Source: Candidatus Hadarchaeum sp.
Lineage (GTDB): Archaea > Hadarchaeota > Hadarchaeia > Hadarchaeales > Hadarchaeaceae
Direction of reading: 5' to 3'
NCBI RefSeq assembly: GCF_049969415.1
Contig: NZ_JBMFOX010000013.1
Span: 1-35,562, forward strand
DNA: 35,562 bases
The notes under the pieces were generated by a model that was not told where the DNA came from, ran no database searches, and saw only the letters and a program-made list of their open reading frames with translations. Position numbers and translations under genes: made by a program. Of the stretch, positions 27,806 to 35,562 are shown piece by piece (position 1 is the first letter of the stretch; every line of letters starts with the position of its first letter).

Positions 27806-28438
27806 CTAAATTTTAGGTAGATTGAGCAGGTCGTTTCTCGTTTTCATGACAAATCCGACCACGGTCACGGTTATGGCCGCTTCGATAATGCCAATTATGG
27901 AGTGAATGCCCACCATCGCGGGCAGAACAATCCAAAGCGGCGAGGTTCCAGAGGCAGCCAGTTCAAAGGCACAGGCGGCCGATGCCAGCACTACAGATAT
28001 CCAAGCGGCCACGGCAACCCCAATCAGCTGCCCCTTGTCTTTTAATATTTTAGTGAGAATAAGGTAGATGTAGAATCCGATAATTGTCCCGATTAATCCC
28101 ATATTGATGATGTTGGCCCCAAGAGCAGTTATTCCACCGTCTTGAAAGAAAATAGCCTGAACGGCGAAAATCGAGCTCATCACTATTGAGCCCGCCAGCG
28201 GACCAACAAAGATGGCGATCAGCACTCCGCCAAGCAAATGCCCGCTGGTGCCACCAGCCACGGGCACGTTCAACATCTGGGCAGCGAAAACGAAAGCCGC
28301 CAAGACACCTAACAGTGGAACGTGTTTGTCGCTGAGCTTTTTATTGGTTTTCCATACCGCGATGGCTAAGATTATTGCTGCCACAGCCCACAGAGGCGCC
28401 CAAACCCCAAAGCTTAGAAATCCATCAGGTATGTGCAT
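27806..28438 (-). CDS. ECF Ni/Co transporter S component (NikM/CbiM)
   Basis: Conserved N-terminus MHIPDGFL sets the start at 28438; GTSGHLLG, QAIFFQDGG..ALGAN and HSIIGIIEA. Confidence 0.93.
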   Translation of the reverse strand: MHIPDGFLSFGVWAPLWAVAAIILAIAVWKTNKKLSDKHVPLLGVLAAFVFAAQMLNVPVAGGTSGHLLGGVLIAIFVGPLAGSIVMSSIFAVQAIFFQDGGITALGANIINMGLIGTIIGFYIYLILTKILKDKGQLIGVAVAAWISVVLASAACAFELAASGTSPLWIVLPAMVGIHSIIGIIEAAITVTVVGFVMKTRNDLLNLPKI

Positions 28439-28454
28439 ATTTCGTCTTTCATCA

Positions 28455-28482
28455 GTATTATTTTTTAGTATATAAATATTAC
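28455..28482. promoter_or_regulatory. NikR operator overlapping the nikM TATA box
   Basis: GTATTA-N16-TATTAC matches the GTATGA-N16-TCATAC geometry; minus-strand TTTATATA lies in the spacer. Confidence 0.7.
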
Positions 28483-28605
28483 CCAAAATTTATCTTGGTT
28501 TGACATCCACCGTTTGGCATGGCCAGAATCCATTTCCAACTTACCCTGTTTTGGCACTGAAAAAGGATTTTAATTAGGCGGCACAACTTTAATAGGGCGA
28601 GGTTG

Positions 28606-28866
28606 ATGGAAGCCGGTGAGAAAAAGCTCGTTGGGAAAGTAGTTCACTATTATTCCAAAATTGGTGTGGCGGTTGTTGAGTTAACAGGAGACTTGAGCGT
28701 TGGTGATAGGATTTCCATTGAGGGCACAACGACAAACTTTCAACAGCCCGTAGAATCGATTCAAATCGAACACAAAAATTTGAGCAGCGCCAAGGCCGGT
28801 GAATCGATAGGTCTTAAAGTTCAGCAAAAGGTTAGAGAAGGCGATTTGGTCTATAAAATTGGCTAG
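28606..28866 (+). CDS. Small beta-barrel protein (translation elongation factor-like / U32 peptidase C-terminal-like)
   Basis: VGKVVHYYSKIGVAVV, L.VGD.I.I.G..T.F.Q.V.S.QI.H, A.AGESIG and VREGD.VYK. Confidence 0.8.
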   Translation: MEAGEKKLVGKVVHYYSKIGVAVVELTGDLSVGDRISIEGTTTNFQQPVESIQIEHKNLSSAKAGESIGLKVQQKVREGDLVYKIG

Positions 28867-28920
28867 TTTCCCAAGCCAATATCTTTCCCAGCCATCTTTC
28901 GGCGATGGGTTTAGGTGAGC

Positions 28921-29901
<981 letters not shown>

Positions 29902-29926
29902 TTAAATCGAGCCGTCAGGATTAAAA

Positions 29927-30166
29927 TCAATCGGAGCTAAGTTTGGCAAGGTTGCGTCTGAGCTCAGATAAAAATATCTGCCCATCCGTTCTTCTGATGA
30001 TGTCAGATTTCTCGTTCAGTTTCTTCAATTTTTCAATGAAGCTTTCGATATCTTGGCATTCGTTTGCTTCTCGTTCTATGAATTCCCTTAGCTCGCTGAT
30101 GAAGGCAATGTAAGGCATCACAGAGGAGAGGGATTCAATCATGATTTTTTTATGTTCTTCTTTCAT
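29927..30166 (-). CDS. Hypothetical 79-aa helical protein
   Basis: AGGTG SD, charged amphipathic sequence, tightly packed between lrp and the isomerase gene. Confidence 0.65.
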   Translation of the reverse strand: MKEEHKKIMIESLSSVMPYIAFISELREFIEREANECQDIESFIEKLKKLNEKSDIIRRTDGQIFLSELRRNLAKLSSD

Positions 30167-30174
30167 TCCAACAC

Positions 30175-30615
30175 CTATAAGTTGGCCAAAGTTTCTTTGA
30201 TAGTTTCCATGGCCAAGGTTGTTCTCACTCTTTTCACCGAATCAAAACACCTGATGTGATCGTCAACGAACTTGTTAAGCGCGTCCACATCTTTTACCTT
30301 GACCTTAATCATCAGGTCGTGCCCCCCGGTCGTCCGGTGAAGTTCACACACCTCATGGCGGTGGGAAAGGGATTTGGTCAGTTCTCCCAGTTCTCTGGAG
30401 TCAGCGTCCACGCTTATGAATGCCGTCACACCATACCCATATTTTTTTGGGTCAATTATGGCCGCGTATTTTTTTATCACACCGTTTTTCTCCAGCTTTT
30501 TGATCCTTCTTCTCACGCCGGAGGTACTAAGGCCGACCTCCCGGCCCAGCTTTCGAAGCGGCGTGTGGGCGTCTTCAACTAGCATCTTCAAGAGTTTGAG
30601 ATCTACATTATCCAT
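30175..30615 (-). CDS. Lrp/AsnC family transcriptional regulator
   Basis: MDNVDLKLL..L..D, HTH, RIKKLEKNGVIKKY..IIDP and TTGGHD RAM domain. Confidence 0.93.
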   Translation of the reverse strand: MDNVDLKLLKMLVEDAHTPLRKLGREVGLSTSGVRRRIKKLEKNGVIKKYAAIIDPKKYGYGVTAFISVDADSRELGELTKSLSHRHEVCELHRTTGGHDLMIKVKVKDVDALNKFVDDHIRCFDSVKRVRTTLAMETIKETLANL

Positions 30616-32164
30616 TAAAAATCCCGATCCACTCCGCGCTAAATTCGTGCCATAATTTATTTAAATTTTTTTCGTTGGCTTGAATTACTTTTAGTTTTTC
30701 GGCGACAGGTTGGCAGGCCCTTACCAATGATTCGCCCCAGCAGCTTCTGTCGTTGAAGAGAATAACCTGCCGATATGAGCTTCCGTGACGCTTTAAGTAG
30801 TTTTCTAAAGATTCGGCTGCGGCCGCAATGACTTCAGCTTCGAGCTCTTTAGGTACTTCATTCTGTGAGAGGGGGTATATTTCCTCCAGTTCCTCAGGCA
30901 CAACCCCGAATGGAGGGACTATCTTCAACACATGGGAGTCCCCTGCGTCCACATTGGTTTTTTCCCCAAAGCCGGATAAGATGATTAAGGTGTCCTGCCG
31001 AGGTGGCGTATATCTGCTTTTCATCCGTTGTTGGTGGCGAATTACTTCCGGTCGCTTTATCGATTCGCTGCCAGAATAGAAAAAGGCGGATTTTTTCGTC
31101 ACCGGGTCGAAGCGCTCGATAAATTCGGAGTAATCCATAAACCTTTTAAGTGCTGCTAGAAGGCTGGGGTGCGCCCGGCACTTAATTTGTACATACTCCA
31201 ACAGTCTGCCGTCAACAATTGCCTGCCTGATTTTTCGGAGTTCACCAAAGGTAACATGAAGGTTATGCCGCGCAAGCAGTTTGATTTTTTCATCCAAAGG
31301 CTCGCGTCTTATTTCTTTAACGGTGGTGCTGGAGCATACCGGACATTCGCAGGGAAGAAATTCAAGTTCGTTTAGATGGAGAGTGCCCTCAGCAGTCATG
31401 TATCTGTCGTCTCTCGCGAAAAGAATGTACGCTGCTGAGTCAAAGAGGTCGCAGCCCATGGCCACTGCCAGCGACAGCATCATCGGATGTCCAGCTCCGA
31501 AAAGGTGAACTGGACGCTCAAGCGGAAGATTTTTTTTCGCCGCCATTACTAAATCCACAACTTCAGTGTAGCGGTAGTCGTTCAGAAGTTCCACAGGGCT
31601 TCCGATGGCGTGAAACTTGTAGTCCAGCTTGCCCATTTCTCTCGCCGAATGCTCCACGAGGTCGGTAAAAAGGCCACCCTGAATGGGGCCGCACCACATG
31701 ACATTTGGGTTGGAGAGAATGCGCAAGGCTTCTCTCGCCCTTTCAAGAGTGATTCGAACCGTTTCGGCAGCATATTCTCGTGATGCGTTCACACCGGTAG
31801 GAATGTCCAATATGGTGGCGATATCGGGGGAGATTAAGTCCTGATACCTGACTATTTCCTCAGGCGGGACATCAATGCTTCCGTAACGAAGTATTTGGTA
31901 TCCACCGCTGTCGGTCATAATCGGCCCGTCGTAGTCAAGAATCTGATGGATTTTTAAGTCGGGATTTTTTCCAAAGTGGAGCAGGGTTAGATAGGCGTTA
32001 GTTATTATCAACTCCGCTCCAAACTCCCGCTTAATTTCCCTTGGAGTCAGGACGATATCAGTAGGGTCGATGACCGGCATCAGCGTGGGCGTGGTGAAAT
32101 TTCCATGGGCGGTTTTGACCTTGCCGATTCTACCCATGCCGTCCCGCTTTATTATCTGAAAAAT
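30608..32164 (-). CDS. tgtA: Archaeosine tRNA-guanine(15) transglycosylase, lacking PUA domain; probable ATT start
   Basis: (M)FQIIKRDGMGRIG, TP.LMPV, ITNAY, MTDSGGYQ, PIQGG, HLFGAGHP, DLFDSAAY and Zn site CECPVC...HNL. Confidence 0.93.
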   Translation of the reverse strand: MFQIIKRDGMGRIGKVKTAHGNFTTPTLMPVIDPTDIVLTPREIKREFGAELIITNAYLTLLHFGKNPDLKIHQILDYDGPIMTDSGGYQILRYGSIDVPPEEIVRYQDLISPDIATILDIPTGVNASREYAAETVRITLERAREALRILSNPNVMWCGPIQGGLFTDLVEHSAREMGKLDYKFHAIGSPVELLNDYRYTEVVDLVMAAKKNLPLERPVHLFGAGHPMMLSLAVAMGCDLFDSAAYILFARDDRYMTAEGTLHLNELEFLPCECPVCSSTTVKEIRREPLDEKIKLLARHNLHVTFGELRKIRQAIVDGRLLEYVQIKCRAHPSLLAALKRFMDYSEFIERFDPVTKKSAFFYSGSESIKRPEVIRHQQRMKSRYTPPRQDTLIILSGFGEKTNVDAGDSHVLKIVPPFGVVPEELEEIYPLSQNEVPKELEAEVIAAAAESLENYLKRHGSSYRQVILFNDRSCWGESLVRACQPVAEKLKVIQANEKNLNKLWHEFSAEWIGIFNG

Positions 32165-32216
32165 GCGATCACCATATCTTCAGATTCTCTCAGGGCAAAA
32201 AATTTTTCCCCGAGTT

Positions 32217-33425
32217 TCAACAGACGGGATAATCTCCCCGAGCGAGACATTTGGTGAACTCGTTAATTTTTTCGAGTTCTCTTTCAATTATTTCTGAGAT
32301 TTCTTTTCTAACGCTGTTCAATTTAACTTCTGGTTTAGTGAGCACTCTCGCCGCAGCTATCGCGGGCTGGTCTATGGGAGCCCCTATCTGACTTACCAAC
32401 CAAACGTAAACCTCACTTAGGCCGTCAACATTCCGGTAAATCTCGCCAGCAATTTTGTGCGTTAAGATGTTGTAGATTTTACCCACATGACTGACCGGAT
32501 TTTTACCAGCTGCGGCTTCTGACCCGACATGTCTGTTTAGCGGGATGACCCCGTTGCTCCTGTTTCCTCTGCCCACTTGACCTGAGTCGGCACCGTCAGC
32601 ACTGGTGCCTAGGACGGTAAGGTAGACCCCATCCACCCCTCTACCCCGAGTATCAAGTGTGTTCAGCTTGAGGTCCAAATTTTCAAAGTCGGAGTTTTCC
32701 TCTACAAATTCACGGGTCCTTTCCAAAATTTCCTCCTTTTTCCTAAAGTAATCGTTTTCGTCCTTGACGTGGCGGTCGACGAAGGCCACGCCGATCATCA
32801 GTGATAGGTTGTTGTTTTTCCGGAAGCCCATCACTTTTATATCTTCGCCCGATTCTGGGAACTCTTTCTTGAATTTTTTCGAGTTCAAATAGTGCTCAGT
32901 TTTAAGCACAATCTCCTCGGTTGGGGTCATAGGGGCATAGCCCACAGCGGCCGAGGTGTCATTTGCGCTGAGGACTTTACCCTTTCTTCTGAAGATATCC
33001 GTCAGCGCAGCCGAGCCCGGTTTTAACTCCACTTGGTAGCGCAGGTGTTTTTCAGGGTCAACGTATCTGAGGTTCTTCTTAATCCATTTTTTTGCCGCGT
33101 TTATCGCGATTGTACCGACATCTATTTTTTCGCCCTCGACCTCATCGGTTGCTCGGTCCCCAAAGATCAAAAGCATGGGCTCCTTGACTTCACCCCCGCC
33201 GAACCTTGTTTCCACCTTGCCGGCCACTAAAAGGGATTTGTCCGTGTTGTGGTGCATGATGACGCCAAATCTTTTCAAGTATTCTTGACACAGTTCAACC
33301 GAAACTCGATCCAGGATTGAGTCACATATTGAGTCCGGGTGTCCAATTCCTTTCCTTTCAACTATTTCCAAATTTTGCTTCGCAAGTGGGACCTGTTTGA
33401 TTTCTTCAACAATTATATTTCTCAT
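32217..33425 (-). CDS. mat: S-adenosylmethionine synthetase, archaeal type
   Basis: MRNIIVE, EIVERKGIGHPDSICD, HHNTDK, ANDTS, GEDIKVMG, DSGQVGRGNR and AGKNPVSHVGKIYN. Confidence 0.96.
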   Translation of the reverse strand: MRNIIVEEIKQVPLAKQNLEIVERKGIGHPDSICDSILDRVSVELCQEYLKRFGVIMHHNTDKSLLVAGKVETRFGGGEVKEPMLLIFGDRATDEVEGEKIDVGTIAINAAKKWIKKNLRYVDPEKHLRYQVELKPGSAALTDIFRRKGKVLSANDTSAAVGYAPMTPTEEIVLKTEHYLNSKKFKKEFPESGEDIKVMGFRKNNNLSLMIGVAFVDRHVKDENDYFRKKEEILERTREFVEENSDFENLDLKLNTLDTRGRGVDGVYLTVLGTSADGADSGQVGRGNRSNGVIPLNRHVGSEAAAGKNPVSHVGKIYNILTHKIAGEIYRNVDGLSEVYVWLVSQIGAPIDQPAIAAARVLTKPEVKLNSVRKEISEIIERELEKINEFTKCLARGDYPVC

Positions 33426-33517
33426 CAGCTCATGCCCCGTGAATTTAGATTTTAACAGGTCGTGTTTATATTTATAGGTTTCCCAGATATTATAACTCAT
33501 AGGAATGAGGAGTTTAC

Positions 33518-34087
33518 ATGGGTGTAGTCAAGCCTTCTGAAGTCAGGGCCATGAGGATGCGTTTGGGGTTCAGCCAGTCCAAGCTGGCCAAGCTGGCGGG
33601 TGTCACCCAGGCCTATATTGCCAAGATAGAATCGGGGAAGGCGGACCCGAGGTTTTCAACTCTGGAAAGGATATCAAAAGTGCTGGAGCAGGCAAGCGCA
33701 CCGGAAAAGCAGGTTTTGGTCGAGAAAATAATGTCCGCCCCGATAGTTTTTGCTAGGCCCAATGATAAGGTGGAAACCGTCATCAAGACGATGAGGGCCC
33801 ACGACATCTCTCAGCTGCCTGTTTTAGATCGCGAGGTTCAAGTCGGTTCCATCTCTGAAAGCAGCGTTGTCCAGAGAATAGCTACAGGGGAGAACATGGC
33901 TAGGCTGCTGCGCCGCAACGTGAGCGAGATAATGGATAAGCCTTTTCCAACGGTTGCCAAGGAAGCCGACGTGAATATCGTTTACTCCCTTCTTGAGCAT
34001 GCTCCCGCAATTTTGGTCGTGGATCACGGTAGGCCGGTTGGAATAATCACCAAAGCAGATGTTTTCAAGCTGGCCATGAAGACCTAG
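33518..34087 (+). CDS. XRE-HTH plus CBS-pair transcriptional regulator
   Basis: SQSKLAKLAGVTQAYIAKIESGKADPR followed by two CBS repeats (ISQLPV, GIITKAD). Confidence 0.92.
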   Translation: MGVVKPSEVRAMRMRLGFSQSKLAKLAGVTQAYIAKIESGKADPRFSTLERISKVLEQASAPEKQVLVEKIMSAPIVFARPNDKVETVIKTMRAHDISQLPVLDREVQVGSISESSVVQRIATGENMARLLRRNVSEIMDKPFPTVAKEADVNIVYSLLEHAPAILVVDHGRPVGIITKADVFKLAMKT

Positions 34088-34125
34088 CATTTAAAGGCTG
34101 GCGTTCATAAAATCAGTTGAATTTT

Positions 34126-34842
34126 ATGGCCGAAGAGGTAAGGGACAGAATTGCGCGTTGGATCGCTGGCGATATCACCCTGTCGGATTCACCTGGGCTA
34201 GCCATTAAGCTCTGGCGGGAGCGGTTTGGCGTCAACCAGCCCACATTAGCCAAGGTGATGCGGGTTTCCCCTTCAGTGATCAGCGACTATGAAGCCGGCA
34301 GAAGAAAATCGCCGGGGGTTAACACCATAAAGAGGATTGTCGAAGCGTTGTTGGAAGTTGACGAACAGCAAGGCGGGAAAATGTTTCGGGTTTTCTCCCA
34401 AGTTTTTGGTACACAGCTGCCTCCCGATGTCGTCCTCGAGATTCGGGAGTATACCATTCCGGTCGACGGCAAGGCAATAGTCAAGGCCGTGGCGGGGGAG
34501 GTCGTGGCGAACAAGGACCTGCTGGATAGGAAGATATTCGGGTATACGGTTATCGACAGCCATAAGGCCATACTGGCCCTCTCCGCCGATGATTTCAGAC
34601 GTCTCTACGGGCTGACCACAGAGCGGGTGCTGGTTTTCACCGGCGTGACTACAGGCCGATCTCCGCTGGTGGCGGTTAAGGTTATCGGGATAACCCCTGG
34701 GATGGTCGTTCTTCACGGGGATTTAAAGGCAGTTGACGAAGTTGGCATAAAAATAGCAGAGATACTTAAGCTGCCTCTGGTGATTGCCCGGGTGCCCACG
34801 GTTAATGATCTTCTTTCTGGGCTCAGAAAGTGCTCTTCCTGA
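34126..34842 (+). CDS. Archaeal HTH transcriptional regulator (COG1709-like)
   Basis: IAGDITLSDSPG..IK.WRERF, SPSVISDYEAGRRKSPG, GYTVIDS and FTGVTTGRSP.VA. Confidence 0.88.
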   Translation: MAEEVRDRIARWIAGDITLSDSPGLAIKLWRERFGVNQPTLAKVMRVSPSVISDYEAGRRKSPGVNTIKRIVEALLEVDEQQGGKMFRVFSQVFGTQLPPDVVLEIREYTIPVDGKAIVKAVAGEVVANKDLLDRKIFGYTVIDSHKAILALSADDFRRLYGLTTERVLVFTGVTTGRSPLVAVKVIGITPGMVVLHGDLKAVDEVGIKIAEILKLPLVIARVPTVNDLLSGLRKCSS

Positions 34843-34949
34843 AATTTTAAATTTTTACGACAAATGACGTTGTTTCAAACGACAAACAAAAGCTTTTTAA
34901 ATGGTTAAATCAGGGTAAAGACAAGTGGAAGGAAACTGGGTGATTCAAG

Positions 34950-35562
34950 GTGAATGTTGGCATCGTGGGCTATGGTGTTTATATACCTAGGTACCGCATC
35001 CGAGTTGACGATATTGCCAAGGTTTGGGGCGAGGATCCCTCCCGGATTAAACAAGGTTTAATGATTGAGGAAAAATCCATTCCTGCCCCAGATGAAGATA
35101 CCGCCACCCTATCTGTGGAGGCGGCGCGAAATGCGGTAAAGCGGGCAAAGATAAGCCCGCAAGAAATCGGTGCCATTTACGTCGGGTCAGAGTCACACCC
35201 CTACGCGGTAAAGCCCACCGCGACCATCGTGGCCGAGGCCATTGAGGCCACCCCCAATCTTACCGCGGCCGATATGGAGTTTGCCTGCAAGGCGGGGACT
35301 GCGGGGATTCAGGCCTGCGCCGGCTTGGTCGAGATGGGGATGGTCAAGTATGGAATTTCTGTGGGAGCCGATACTGCACAGGCGGCTCCTGGGGATGCTT
35401 TAGAATACACGGCAGCGGCCGGAGCCGGCGCTGTGATTGTGGGGAAAAATAATGGGGAGGCGCTGGCGGAGATTGAGGGAACTTTTTCCTACACCACCGA
35501 CACACCAGATTTCTGGCGCCGCGAGATGAGACCCTACCCCATACACGGCGGGAGGTTCACGG
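34950..35562 (+). CDS. Hydroxymethylglutaryl-CoA synthase; 3'-truncated by window
   Basis: GTG after GGGTGA; [41 protein letters not shown] (catalytic Cys) and DTPDFWRR. Confidence 0.95.
   Translation, partial: MNVGIVGYGVYIPRYRIRVDDIAKVWGEDPSRIKQGLMIEEKSIPAPDEDTATLSVEAARNAVKRAKISPQEIGAIYVGSESHPYAVKPTATIVAEAIEATPNLTAADMEFACKAGTAGIQACAGLVEMGMVKYGISVGADTAQAAPGDALEYTAAAGAGAVIVGKNNGEALAEIEGTFSYTTDTPDFWRREMRPYPIHGGRFT

Noticed and set aside
28425-28456. Hammerhead-like CUGAUGA...GAAA before nikM, and box C-like UGAUGA near 26011
   Set aside because: No stem II, no UH cleavage site in register and no partner box D.

Overview
Gene-dense archaeal chromosomal window, mostly housekeeping. The archaeal origin is shown by L10e, aEF-2, Pth2, archaeosine TGT, archaeal-type MAT, geranylgeranyl reductase, R15P isomerase and HMG-CoA synthase; a Hadarchaeota-like lineage is my guess only. 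It encodes glycine cleavage P2 (partial), ThiL, a DRG GTPase, agmatinase, PPDK, a Pat-like acyl-CoA ligase/GNAT fusion, tRNA-Leu(CAG), DUF1512, RsmA, aspartokinase, endonuclease III, PiT/DUF47, AMP-forming Acs, an IS remnant, a NikR-linked NikMNQO transporter and several regulators. The standout unexplained element is a ~230-nt, highly structured non-coding RNA candidate (3687-3916, minus strand) with its own TATA box and U-tract terminator. It lacks the RNase P and SRP signatures and lies head-to-head with the DRG GTPase gene. Other points are a likely ATT start for tgtA, an unlisted 49-aa gene, a triple 21-bp-phased operator, a NikR operator, a 14-bp repeat bracketing nikMNQO, and active-site variants in Nth and LysC. 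All calls come from reading the sequence; no searches were run.
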